A DNA stretch of 64,000 nt from Squalus acanthias (lineage: Eukaryota): the NCBI GenBank assembly GCA_030390025.1, contig CM059432.1, positions 6,014,001 to 6,078,000 on the forward strand, given 5' to 3'. Below, in pieces: positions 36,680 through 49,576 of the stretch. How positions within the stretch are numbered: the first letter of the stretch is position 1; every line of letters starts with the position of its first letter. Both the position numbers and the translations under genes were made by a program. The notes under the pieces were generated by a model. The model saw only the letters and a program-made list of their open reading frames with translations, was not told the DNA's origin and searched no databases.

Positions 36680-37115
36680 AATACTTGAGGGGGTACAGCG
36701 CAGGTTCACCAGAATAATACCAGGGCTTAAAGGGCTAAATTATGAGGACAGTTTACAAACTTGGTTTGTGTTCCCTTGAGTTCAGAAAATTGAGAGGTGA
36801 TCTAGCTAAGGTCTTGAAAATGATAGAGAGATTCAATAGAGTAGATACAGGGAAACTCTGGTGCAGGAACCAAAACAATGGGGCAGAATCTTAAAATTAG
36901 AGCTAGCCATTTAGGAGTGAACTCAGGAAGCACTTCTTTACACAAAGAATAGTGGCAATCTAGAACTTTGTTCCCCCCTGTGCATGCTGGGTCAATTGAA
37001 ATTTTCAAGACGGAGATCGATAGATTTTTGTTGGGCAAGGGTATCAAGCGATATGGAACAAAGACAGGTACAGATCAGCCATAAACTAATTGAATGGCAG
37101 AACAGGCTCAAGGGG
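36680..37115 (+). mobile_element. Degenerate CR1 3' fragment
   Basis: GAGGGGGTACAGCGCAGGTTCACCAGAATAATACCAGGG (EGVQRRFTRIIPG). Confidence 0.85.
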
Positions 37116-38193
37116 ATGAAACCTTCACTCCGACGTTGCTATCTCCTGCATGAAGTGCATACTTCCCGTAAGTGTCGCATTTACTTTCTGTAATATTTTC
37201 CCGATCATACTTTGTTTATAACACCCATCGTTATGAAACAGTATATGCTCCGACTCACAATGATTAATGTCACGGGAGATCTGCTATTAACATATTAAAA
37301 GTCTGGCATACTAGGCATCGTTATGAATTTGGGTCTGCCTTAAATATCATCTCGGATTCAGTGGCGCCATTCGCTCCCTTAAGAGGTCTTACAATCGTAC
37401 TCTTATTGGAGATCACTCACACTGCTCTGTATTTACTTGTACAACAGTATGGCCTAGAAATGTAACAATAGCCTCCACTTGTGATCTGGAGCAGGTATTT
37501 GCGTTTTTCACATGTATTTCTTCAATCTCCCAGATGGTGGGCCATTAACATTAGGTAAGGCATGGCTTGATATGAATCAATAAGCTGATTTATTTCACAG
37601 TATGAGCATACACAGCAACAACTACGATCAGATTCATTTAGTGCAACTGGTACAACTTATCTTCCTGCATGATACAAAATAAAGATATGCCATGCTTCCC
37701 CCACATCAGTGGTTTGTCTTATCTGACTTTAACAAGAGGGCTTCTAACTATCCTGCTGCATTTCTAATCTCTGCATCTCAGTGAATGTTCTCACAGCTTT
37801 TCTTTCAACCAATCTGACTGCCAATATATAGGTCTTTGTAGACCTCTTGTCTCGACAGGAAGTTGGGGCTTGGTTTGTGACCCTTCCCCTGTCCAGGAGT
37901 TGGCCAAAAGAGCTGTTAATCAAGCCTACTACTTTAACCCATCCCTTTGAAACCAGCTTCATGCAAAGCTCAACAGGAGTGGACATTCCATCCCACCAAA
38001 GTGTGAATGTGTGCTGGGAACCCCTGGGATGAGATAGTAGCCCTTCTATATTAGTAGCCCTTCTATATTGCTGTTACTAGTCTGGGATAACAGCATCAAT
38101 GTTTGGCCTTAATACACACTCTGCAAAGAACTTCCTTCTTATACCTGTGCAAATCCACTTAAAAAAAACTAACACTTAAGAGTAACTGAACGA

Positions 38194-38775
38194 AAAACAG
38201 AAAATACTGGAAACAGCTAATGAGTCAGTCTGTACCTGTAGACAGAAAAAAAAAGTTAACATGTCAGGCAACACCCTTCATCAGAACTGATTTTTTTTTA
38301 AAAGATGAACAGTATTTATAAAGGAAGAGAACAAAGGGTGTGTGCGTGTGTGTGTACATACACACGCACACACAGAGGAAGTAGAATGACCTGTAAAATG
38401 CTTAAATGAAGAACAAGAGATGGTTAAATGGTTCAAGAAGTAGGAAGCTTAACGAGACAAATAGGAAGCTTAATGAAAGAAAGTAACGTCATTTAAGAGA
38501 CTCAAAGAACTGATAAAGTGGGAGTGAGGCAAGTCTGCAATGGAAACTAAAAAAGCTGCCAAAGTGACTAAAGTTAAGGTCGGAAGTTATTATAGTCAGT
38601 ATTAGGGCCAGAGTGCTACAAGATGCCTGAGGTTAGATGCTGTACCTCAAGCCTGCATTGAGCTTTATTGGAACAGAGTAGAAGGCGAAGACAGAGAGGT
38701 CAGAGTGGGAGTTGTACAGGGAATTGGTGTGGCAAGCGGCAGGGAATCCAAGGTTGCACTTGCAGACAGAATGGT
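38194..38775 (-). mobile_element. Degenerate Penelope-like element 3' end
   Basis: Reverse complement matches layout of 42227-42936: GIY-YIG C-terminus, pyrimidine tract, decayed hammerhead at 38254-38288. Confidence 0.7.
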
Positions 38776-39289
38776 ATCACTTTTCCCATCATAATTTTTG
38801 TCACACTATGGTCGATCATGCAATGTGTCCTGCTTAAAGCTGCTTTTTGTTTTCTTCAATAATTATGTCGTACCATCGAGGTGAGAAATGTTAGTGATCA
38901 GGAATGGAACACTTTCCATTGCAGCCACCCAAGTGTCAGGATCAAGCACTCCCAGGTCAGGTACAACACAGCTGAATTAAAAGTACAGCAGTCTGCACTT
39001 TTCCCCAACCATGTGCCTCAGAGTCAGCCTTAACCTCAAGAACACTAGGGGAGCATTTTTTCCATTTTTCACACTTAGGCATGTTTGAGTGACGACCGAC
39101 TAGTGCCAAATTAAGGCCAGTTTTGCAGTGTAGGCCCAGGCTCATCGGACACTGGTTTGTAACTGCCTGAACTCATTTCACATTGAACCCTTACAGCTGG
39201 CAGACAGCAAGCTTTGACCTACGGAGGTGAAAGGCCCAAGTGTGCCACCGAGCTCCCATAAAAATTGTCCTTTGCAATCTTATACTTAC

Positions 39290-39425
39290 CTTTGAGTGGT
39301 TCATTATTCCAACGTGACACACTCCCAGGGTGATTCTCCAAACTCCATCTCCTAGCTCTGTTCCCAGAAACCTTAGATCTGCTCTCCAAATCACAAAAAC
39401 TGTGATCTGAACTGGATACATGCAT
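39290..39425 (-). CDS. Candidate first coding exon: MHVSSSDHSFCDLESRSKVSGNRARRWSLENHPGSVSRWNNEPLK
   Basis: Consensus donor AAG|gtaagtat at 39289; ATG at 39425 preceded by in-frame TGA; phase 1 out matches exon 25314-25432. Confidence 0.5.
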
Positions 39426-39839
39426 CTTTCACATTTGCACCCACATGCACATCTCCAATCTTTTCAACGAAGACGAAGAAATTAGTTGCTAAGACCAATC
39501 CAGATATTTAGCTGCTTTCTTTCTCAGACAGCAAGTGAGCATACAGAGCAACAGTTATGGTCAGACTCACTTAATTCAATCAGTACAACCGGTCTTCGCA
39601 TAATACGACAAAATAAAAACGTATTACACTTTCACGTATCAGTGAGTATTCGTGCTTGACTTAAAATAACTTCGATCATCCTGAATTCTAACCTTGAAGC
39701 TGCTGAAAGCCTGTGCTAGCTGGTTTCTGTTTCCTATGTTCCTATAAAAATCTCACTGCCAGTGTGTGCTTCCATCTCCAATAAGCATTTTCCTTATTGG
39801 CCCAATCAAAATCTCTCATCTCCACAGGTAGCCAGATAT

Positions 39840-40480
39840 CAAGTCATCATCTCTACCTCTCCACCACCTCTCTGAACCTTCCACTGCCTCTGCATTACCA
39901 GACCAATGTCCGACATCCAATCTTGGATGAGCCCTAATTCCTCCAGTTAAACATTGGGAAGACCGAAGCCATCGCCTCCAGCCCCCGCCACAAACATTGT
40001 AGTCTCACCACCAATTCCATAACCACCATCTCAGGTTGAACCAGACTTCACACCTTGGCATTGTATTCAACCCCAAGCTTAGCTGCTGACCCCATATACT
40101 CTCCATCACAAAGACCACCTACTTCCACCTCTGTAACACCACCCACCGCTGCACCCTCCTCAGCCTATCTGCTGCTGAAACTCTCATCCATACTTTCATC
40201 ACCTCCAGACTCGACTCTTTCAATTCTCTCCTGGCTGGCCTCCCATTCTCCACCCTCCATAAACTTCAGCTTATCCAAAACTCTAATATGCATATCCTAT
40301 CCCGCTAAGTCCTGCTCAACTATTACCTTATGGCTCCATAACCCCTCCAATTTAAAATTCTCATCCTTGTGTTTAAATATCACCCCTCCCTATCTATGTA
40401 ATCTTCTACAGCCCTACAAGTGCAACCCACCGACCCCGAGACATTTCCGTTCCTTCAACCCTGGCCTCTTCTGCAACGCA
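39840..40480 (+). mobile_element. Degenerate L2 3' region
   Basis: CAGTTAAACATTGGGAAGACCGAAGCCATC; similar to 47840-48708. Confidence 0.8.
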
Positions 40481-42226
40481 ACCTCACCCCCACCACCCCC
40501 CGACCACCCATATATAAGCAGGAAGCTACCATTGCGTGCCCAACAAAACTGTGTTGTAAAATCTGCAGTAGTGAAGCAGTTTAACAAGTTGGTGCTATCA
40601 AGAAATCTTCGATGAGCCAATGCCCAAAAAGTTACAGAGGAACAACAAGCGTGAAAAATACATCAAAATAATTTCATGTTTCTCTACTTAAACTCCGTTT
40701 GTTTAAATGAATACTAAAAGAGCAAAATGCAGCATAATAAGTTTAGTAAACGTCAGCTCAAAGAGTTCAATTGATATTTTTGAAAAAGGTCGAGACTCCT
40801 ACGCCTTAAGGCACAGTATAATGTATCATCATTTTCAAAACCATTTGAATATATTCAAATACAGTCGAGCAGTGTAATATTGAAGCAATTAAGGAATTAA
40901 GCACGGTTTAAAACCACCATTAAATCAACCAATTAAATTCTTAGTAACTGCATGAAAACAATTTACTGAAAAAGTAAAATGCACTATAAAATCAGTAGTA
41001 CATTGATCTAGTAAAGACATGCTACAACACAGGTTAAAATCACAGAATCTATAATCAATAAGCTTTATTTCCTCTGCCATTATTCTTTACTCTATAACGG
41101 GAGAAAAACACAGGACTGTGTACCAATAACTGCATTATCGATGAAGTAACTTTACACTGTTTGTATAGCACATCCTGAAAAATAAATTGATATTCAAATG
41201 CTTTAGTCGAAACTAGTAGTCTTATTTAATAATTCACAAAATCACAACAGCTACCATTTAGCCTTGACAGTAAAAAAATAACCGAAGTGCCGCAAAGCTT
41301 TGATTTGCAACTTCATAACTTGATTTTTTTTGTGTGTGTTGTCCACAAGCCACATGAAATAAATGAATGAAATCATAAAATGTGAATTGCCTTTTTTTTT
41401 TAATAGTTGAAATGTTGTGGTTCTTTATTTGGAGACTTTTGAGCAAATACATTTTACAGCTTACTTAGTGTGCATTCATAGCAAATCCCATAAAATCTGG
41501 TTAATTTCACCATTATTTGGCTAACTGTTCAATTTGGATACACACACCAGATGACTGGTTCACATTGCAATACATATTAACAAAACCATTTGGCAAATGG
41601 AATTTAACCCTGAAAAGTGTGAGGTGATGCATTTTGGGAGGACTAACAAGGCAAGGGAATACTAGGAACCCTAGGAAGGACAGAGGATCAAAGGGACCTT
41701 GGTGTGCATGTACATAGATCCCTGAAGGCAGCTGGACAGGTAGATAAGGTGGTTAAAAGGGCATATGGGATACTTGCCTTCATTAGCCGAGGCATAGAAT
41801 ATAAGAGCAGGGAGGTTATGATGGAGCTGTACAAAACGCTAGTTAGGCCACAGCTGGAATACTGTGTGCAGTTCTGGTCGCCACACTATAGGAAGGATGT
41901 GATTGTATTGGAGAGGGTGCAGAGGAGATTCACCAGGATGTTACCTGGGCTGCAGCGCTTCAGCTATGAAGAGAGACTGGACAGGCTGGGATTGTTTTCC
42001 TTGGAGCAGAGAAGGCTGAGGGTGGACCTGATTGAGGTGTACAAAATTATGAGGGCATAGATAGGGTAGATAGAAAGGAACTTTTCCCCTTAGTAGAGGG
42101 GTCAATAACCAGGGGGCATAGTTTCAAGGTAAGGGGCAGGAGGTTTAGAAGGGATTTGAAGATAAACTTTTTCACCCAGAGGGTGGTTGGAATCTGGAAC
42201 TCACTGCCTGAAAGGGTGGTAGAGGC

Positions 42227-42936
42227 TGTATACTGTATTCGCTGCTCACGATGTGATCTCCTCTACATTGGGGAGACCAAACGCAGATTGGGTGACCGCT
42301 TTGCGGAACACCTCCGTTCAGTCCCTAAGGGGGACCCCGAGCTCCCGGTCGCCTGTCACTTTAATTCACCGCTTCACTCCCACTCTGACCTCACTGTCCT
42401 CGGCCTATTACACTGTTGCACGGAAGCTCAGCGTAAGCTCGAGGAACAGCACCTCATCTTTCGATTAGGCACTTTACAGTCCTCTGGACTCAATATCGAG
42501 TTCAACAATTTTAGATCATAACCTCAGCCCCTATCACATTTATATTTTATTTTTTCATCCACCCTTTTATTTGGCCCCCCCCCCTTTTTTTTTCCTCCTA
42601 GAAGCTGGCAGCTGTCCTTCATTCTGCCAGTGCATTTCACACTTCTTTCAGCCTTAACCTGTCACATTAACACCACCTCTTGCCTTGAATATCTTTTAAT
42701 GTCTCTTAATGTCTCTTAATCTCTCCTTTTGTTCTTTCTTCCCCCCCCCTTTTCCCAGCTTTATCCTTGCCTTAAATCTATTTCATTTCCTGCTATTTCC
42801 AGTTCTGACGAAAGGTCATCGACCTGAAACGTTAACTCTGTTTCTCTCTCCACGGATGCTGCCTCGCCTGCTGAGTTTTTCCAGCGTTTTCTGTTGTTAT
42901 TTCGGATTTCCAGCATCTGCAGTATTTTGCTATCGT
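42227..42936 (+). mobile_element. Penelope-like element: GIY-YIG endonuclease and 3' terminal region
   Basis: VYCIRCSRCDLLYIGETKRRLGDRFAEH...VACHF...EQHLIFRLGTLQSSGLN. Confidence 0.93.
42801..42837 (+). ncRNA. Minimal type I hammerhead ribozyme motif
   Basis: AGTT-CTGACGA-A-AGGTC-ATC-GACCT-GAAAC-GTT-AACT: catalytic core, stem II, palindromic stem III, stem I. Confidence 0.8.
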
Positions 42937-43109
42937 ATTAGAATAGGGCTTGATAGCCGGCGTGGGCACGATGGGCCGAAGGGCCTCTTTCTGTGCTGTA
43001 TAACTCTATGACCCCTAGGGTTATGCTGGCCCATAGCACAGGTTCAATTCTGGAGTGGGCTGCGCTGAATTTTGTGATGGGACTTCCGCCCCCTAATTTG
43101 AATGACCTG

Positions 43110-44205
43110 CAATGGCTTCTCTTCCTGCTCTCGCACCGTTACCTCTCGAGTCCCCCAAGGATCTGTCCTTGGCCCCCGCCTATTTCTCATCTACATGTTG
43201 CCACTTGGCGACATCATCGAAAACACAGTACTAGTTTCCACATGTACGCTAACGACATCCAGCTCTACCTCACCATCACCTCTTTCAATACCTCTCTCAA
43301 CCCCTCCACTACCTCTAAATTGTCAGACTGCTTCTACGACATCCAGTACTGGATGTGCAGAAATTTCCTCTACCTAAATATTGGGAAGACCAAATATTGG
43401 GAAGACCAAAGTCATTGTCCTTCGGTCCCAAACACAAACTCCGTTCCCTAACCACCAACTCCATCCCTCTCCTATCTGAGGCTGAACCAGACTGTTCGCA
43501 ACCTTGGTGTCATATTTGACCCCAAAATGAGCTTCCGACTACATATCCGGGCCATCACTAAGACGGCCTATTTTCTCCTCCGGAACATCGCCCGGCTCCA
43601 TTCCTGCCTCAGCTCATCTGCTGCTGAAATCCTCATCCAGGACTTTGTTTCCTCTAGATTTGACTATTCCAACACACTCCTGGCTGGCCTCCCAAGTTCT
43701 ACCTTCCGTAAACTTGAGGTCATTTAAAACTCTGCTGCCCGTGCCCTAACTTGCACCAAGTCCCGTTCACCCATTACCCCTGTGCTCGCTGACCTACATT
43801 GGTTCCCAGTTAAGCCACGCCTCGATTTTAAAATTGTCATCCTTGTTTTCAAATCCCTCCATGGCCTCGCCCTCCCTATCTCTCATCTCCTCCAGCCCCA
43901 CAACCCTCTGGGATATCTGCGCTCCTCTAATTCTGGCCTCTTGAGCATCCCTGATTTTAAATCGCTCAACCATTGGTGGCCGTGCCTTCAGCTGCCAAGG
44001 CCCTAAAGCTCTGTCAGTCCCTCCCTAAAACTCTCTGCCTCTCTATCCTCCTTTAAGACACTCCTTAGAACCTACCTCTTTGACTCTGCCCTAATATCTC
44101 CTTATGTGGCTTGGTGTCAAATTTTGTTTGATAATGCTCCTGTGAAGCGCCTTGGGATGTTTTAGAATGTTAAAGGCACTAAAGAAATACAAGTTGTTGT
44201 TGTTG
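43110..44205 (+). mobile_element. L2 LINE RT and 3' end
   Basis: [26 protein letters not shown]; (GTT)n tail. Confidence 0.92.
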
Positions 44206-45168
44206 AGTTAGCTGTTGCCACACAAAAGGCTTAGCCTATAGGATACTTGGCTGCAGCTCGCCATAAAATGAGACGTTGCGGTGGTGGCCGGAAAGTGGAC
44301 CAATTGCTCACAATGGATAGCGGAGATATCTTTGGTGCCGTAGAGTTAAAGAAGCTGTGGTAGGATAGTGGCCCTATTTGCACGTAAGACTTAGAAGCAG
44401 GAACGGGAGTAGGCCATACGTCCCTTCGAGCCTGGGCTTGAAGGCATCCTCCAGTAAAAGCACGTGCCAGCTGCACAGAAGTCGCCAACTGATATATTGC
44501 ACGCACTCATTCACTTGACTGCATGGCACACTTCTTCAAGGTGGCGCCAGCAGTCAAGAAATAGCAAAAATATGCTAAGGTGTCAAGGTAGAGGCATTTC
44601 TATGCAGCGAGGGGGTTTTCCAGTGGGGTCAGCAGCTGCAGATGCAAAGGACAACCCTGTTCTCCTCAAAGCCATCCACCCAAAGGTTTTGGGGTTAGGG
44701 AGAGGTCCCTTAATAACATGCCAATGCTGGGTACCCAGGCATTTAGGGCGCCCACCAGCTGAAGAGACCATATACTATGCCAGGTCCAGGGTAGGGGGAA
44801 ACTGTTGCACACCCCTTTCTAGGAAAAGTTGAAGAAATGTCCCCTCAGCCCCCTTTATGCGGTTTGTTCCTCCCACCACCAATTGATCAAAAAAATTCAT
44901 ATCTGACTTTTCAACTTATTCTAAATTGGGAATCGAATCCTATCCAGCTGAATGTAACGGAGACATTCTAAGGTAAGCCAAAAATTTTTGTAGAGGTCAG
45001 ACAAGAGGTGCTTCATATAATTAATTAGCTTCTGAACTCAGTGAAATGAGAGAAGAGATTATTATGTCAAATGGCAGCTGTTAGATATCTGCAATCTTGG
45101 TGTAATTAACATTGCATCTATTAAAATGGTTAAAAGTAACAGTTTCTTCCATAGCTTTAGGGAGATAA

Positions 45169-47455
45169 GACTTGTGCTCCAAAACTTGCTGCACTTCTAG
45201 CCAAGCTGTTCCAGTACAGCTACAACAATGGCATCTATCCGACAATGTGGAAAACTGCCCAGGGATGTCCTGTCCACAAAAAGCAGGACAAATCCAACAC
45301 GGACAATTGCCGCCCCATCAGTCTACTCTCAATCATCAGCAAAGTGATGGAAGGTGTCATCGACAGTGCTATCAAGCGGCACTTACTCACCAAAAACCTG
45401 CTCACTGATGCCCAGTTTGGGTTCCGCCAAGACCACTCGGCTCCCGATCTCATTACAGTCTTGGTCCAAACATGGACAAAGGAGTTGAATTCCAGAGGTG
45501 AGGTGAGAGTGATTGCCCTTGACATCAAGACAGCATTTGACCGATTGTGGCATCAAGGAGCCCTAGTAAAACTGAAGTCAATGGGAATCGGGGGGAAAAC
45601 GCTCGACTGGCTGGAGTCATAACTAGCACAAAGGAAGATGGTTGTGATGGTTGAAAGTCAATCATCACAGCCCCAGGACATCGCTGCAGGAGTTCCTCAG
45701 GGCAGTGTCCTGGGCCCAACCAGCTTCAGCTGCTTCATCAATGACCTTCCCTCCAACACTAGGTCAGAAATGGGGATGTTCGCTGATAACTGCACAGTGT
45801 TCAGCGCCATTCACAATTCCTCAGATAATGAAGAAGTCCATGCCCGCATGCAACAAGACCTGGATGACGTCAGGCTTGGGCTGATAAGTGGCAGGTAACA
45901 TTCGCGCCACAGAAGTGTCAGGTAATGACTATCTCCAACAAGCGAGAGTCTAACCACCTCCCCTTGACATTCAACGGTATTACCATTGCCGAATGCCCCA
46001 CCATCAACATCCTGGGGGTCACCATTGACAAGAAACTTAACTGGACCAGTGTAAGAAATAGCTGTTAGATTCAAAGATGGGTTTTAATTCTTAGAACAGA
46101 GACTGACAACATGCAGCCGGGAACAGATAGCAGAAATGCCAGCAAGGTCAAATATCAAGCATCAAAAGACAAATAGAAGTGATAAGGGAATGGTAAAATG
46201 CAAAACAACACAGGGTGGGTGATAATAGACAAAAATGGAGCCGAAAAGTCATAAAATGTCCTTAAAGAAACATAACAAAACATTCCTCAGAAAGATAAGA
46301 GGGAGGCCTCGTCAGCCATGCAGGAAGGGATGGTGAGGGATGCCTTCCCGCTTCACAATTGGACAATAGGATGGGAGATCAAATGATTGACACGAGGTGA
46401 TTACCAGCCCACCAAAATAACTATAAATATAGACGACCGCGAGGGGAAATCAGGCAGTTAGGGGCGAAGGCTTCTCCGAGGTGGCTACGGCCCTAACACC
46501 TTGGGGTCAAGTTTAGACTCTGAGGTGGCTGATGGCCGAACACCTCCAACAGCTTGAGAGATGACCCAACGGATGTGACCGCTGCAGCAATCCACCCAAT
46601 CCAAGACCACCGTACTGCCTCCCCGTCCGTCCGGTCGTGGCATTCCGATTCGGGAGTTGTAGATTGCTCCTACTGTCACGGGTTGTATGTCTATTATACT
46701 CGGCTTAAACCATATGTAATACCTGATTATGCTTTAAAACTGTAGCTCTTTAATAAAAGCCTTACAACTTCTGAAACCCTTTTGGGTAATCTGTGTGTGG
46801 CCTGTGATCCGGATCTTACACCAGCCACATAAATACTGTGGCAACAAGAGCAGGTCAGAGGCTAGGCATTCTGCAGCGAGTGACTCACCTCCTGACTCCC
46901 CAAAGCCTTTCCACGATCCACAAGGCACAAGTAAGGAGTGTGATGGAATACTCTCCACTTGCCTGGATGAGTGCAGCTCCAACAACACTCAAGAAGCTCG
47001 ACACCATCCAGGACAAAGCAGCCCGCTTGATTGGCACCCCATCCACCACCTTAAACATTCATTCCCTCCACCACCGGCGTACCATGGCTGCAGTGTGTAC
47101 CATCTACAAGATGCACTGCAGCAACTCGCCAAGGCTTCTTCGGCAGCACCTCCCAAACCCACGACCTCTTCCACCTAGAAGGACAAGGGCAGCAGGCGCA
47201 TGGGAACACCACCACCTCCAAGTTCCCCTCCAAGTCACACATCATCCTGACTTAGAAGTATATCGCCGATCCTTCATCGTCGCTGGGTCAAAGTCCTGGA
47301 ACTCCTTACCTAACAGCACTGTGGGTGTATCTTCACCACAAGGACTGCAGCGGTTCAAGATGGCGGCTCACCACCACCTTCTCAAGGGCAATTAGGGATG
47401 GGCAATAAACGTTGGCCTTGCCAGCGACGCCTACATCCCATAAACGAGTAAAAAA
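45169..47455 (+). mobile_element. Second CR1-group LINE (RT to 3' end) interrupted by solo LTR
   Basis: [47 protein letters not shown] duplication at 45163-45168 and 47456-47461. Confidence 0.93.
46050..46820 (+). mobile_element. Solo LTR (771 bp)
   Basis: TGTAAGA...TCTTACA termini; CCAG duplication at 46046-46049 and 46821-46824; TATAAA near 46422; AATAAA 46752-46757; empty site visible in sister LINE at 29577-29600. Confidence 0.92.
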
Positions 47456-47839
47456 AGATAAACGGCTGAATTTTTCACATCAGCAGAAAGTGACCATTTG
47501 CAGTTAAAGCCTATCATTTAGGATCCCTGGGTTTCCTGGCTAGAATTAAATATTCTCATCCCAAGCTCTGTGGCCATCACAAACAAATGCATAACATTGT
47601 GTGATTTCTGTTTCAATGTAACAATGTTGGGATTCCAACCCATTAACAACAGTGCCAACAGAGGTGACAGAATTTTAATCTCCTTTCAGTTCATTCTTTC
47701 TCATGTTCTCCCCGACCATGTAGGTCAAATAATCAATCGAGCAATAGGTGAACCAGTCACAAACTAGTGACAACTTTGATAAGTGGCTTTCAGTAGGTTT
47801 GCAAGGCTACGAACCCAGAGCTGGAAAGTGGGATTAGGC

Positions 47840-48708
47840 TGGATGAGCAGAAATTTTCTCCAATTAAATATTGGGAAGACCAAAGCCATTGTTTTCGGTC
47901 CCCGCCACAAACTCCATTCCATAGCCACTGACTCCATCCCTCTCCCGAACATCTGTCTGAGGCTGAATCACACTGTTCGCAACCTTGGTGTCATATTTGA
48001 CCCTGAAATTAGCTTCCGACCACATATCAGCAGCATAACTAAGAACGCCTATTTCCACCTCTGTAACATCGCCCGTCTCCGCTCTTGCCTCAGCTCATGC
48101 GCTGCTGAAACCCTCATCCATGCCTTTGTTACCTCAAGACTTGACTATTCCAACGCACTCCTGGCTGGCCTCCCACATTCTACGTAAACTTGAGGTCATC
48201 CAAAACTCAGCTGCCCGTGTCCTAACTCGCACTAAGTCCCGTTCACCCATCATCACCCCTGTGCTCACTGACCGACATTGGCTCCCGGTTAAGCAACTCC
48301 TCGATTTCAAAATTGTCATCCTTGTTTTCAAATCCCTCTATGGCCTCGCCCCTCCCTATCTCTGTAATCTCCTTCAGCTCCACAACCCCCGAGATATCCG
48401 CGCTCCTCTAATTCTGCCCTCTTGAGCATCCCTGATTATAATCGCTCAACCATTGGTGGCCATGCCTTCTGTTGCCTAGGCCCTAAGCTCTGCAATTCCC
48501 TGCCTAAACCTCTCCGCCTCGTTACCTCTCTTTCCTCCTTTAAGACACTCCTGAAAACCTACCTCTTTGACCAAGCTTTTGGTCACCTGCCCTAATTTCT
48601 CCTTATGAGGCTCGGTGTCAAATTTTTTGTCTTTTAATATTCTTGTGAAGCGCCTTGGAACATTTTACTACGTTAAAGGCACTGTATAATTACAAGTTGT
48701 TGTTGTTG
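47840..48708 (+). mobile_element. L2 LINE 3' region, inserted in a CR1 tail
   Basis: [34 protein letters not shown]; (GTT)n tail; CR1 3' UTR pieces at 47790-47840 and 48709-48782. Confidence 0.92.
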
Positions 48709-48788
48709 TATAGCTCTTTTTCGGCCGGCGCAGACACAATGGGCCGAATAGCCTCCTTCTGTGCCGTAAATTTCTATGATTCACTCAC

Positions 48789-48864
48789 CACGTGCACACA
48801 GCAGTGCAGTCGAGACTGACAGCAGCAGCATCAAAGCTTTCTGTCCCACTGCCGTGGGGCACAT
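48789..48864 (-). CDS. Speculative signal-peptide-like exon: MCPTAVGQKALMLLLSVSTALLCAR
   Basis: Donor GTG|gtgagt at 48788, phase 1, hydrophobic core. Confidence 0.2.
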
Positions 48865-49576
48865 TGTGCTCAAAAGTACTGCACTACCATGGATGCGCCA
48901 GATAATAAGCTTAATAAAATACAAAAGTAAAATACTGCAGATGCTGGAATTCTGAATCTTAATAAAATGTTGTTTTCATATATTTATTTTTCCATGGACA
49001 CATATCAATGGGAGTGCAAACCCAAGGTCTTGGATTGATTGTACGTCCGAAAATCTGTGGTGGTGTTCCGGAGAAAACCAATGATTAACCAGTACAGTCA
49101 ACATAGCCCTATGACGTAGTGTGCCTCCACATCTGAAATTCATCTGACAAAGTTCCACACAATGGCTATTGGTTAAACTCAAAGCTGGGGGGGATTCAGG
49201 ATAAATTCTGGAAATTGGCTGAAGGGTAGAAAACAACGAATACTCATTCGGAGTTATATCAGGTGGGGGAAGTAATGAGTAAGATTCCCCAGCAGTTTGT
49301 GTTGGGACCACTATTGTTTCTAATTTAAATATACACCTTAAATTCAGAAACTCAATGCAAAAGGGTCAAATTTGTAGATGATACCAAACTACAAAGGGCA
49401 GTGAAATCAAAAATGGCAGTCTTCTTCATACAGAGTGATCAACAATTGAAATGAATTTCCAGATCAAGTAGAGGAGGCAAAAACTCTATCATTTGAGGAA
49501 CAATTGGTTGTTGTATGGGTGACTTAAACATCTTCCAGGATAAATGAATTAAGATGGACCAAATCGCTTTAATCAC

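Larger units (their letters stand above)
41590..43011 (+). mobile_element. CR1 3' region interrupted by a Penelope-like element
   Basis: WQMEFNPEKCEVMHFG ... WNSLPERVVEA to 42226; 3' UTR resumes at about 42937. Confidence 0.93.

Noticed and set aside
38338..38374. (TG)n/(CA)n hairpin
   Set aside because: Ordinary microsatellite within a decayed element
44755..44810. Hammerhead at CTGAAGA...GAAA
   Set aside because: No credible stem II adjacent to GAAA
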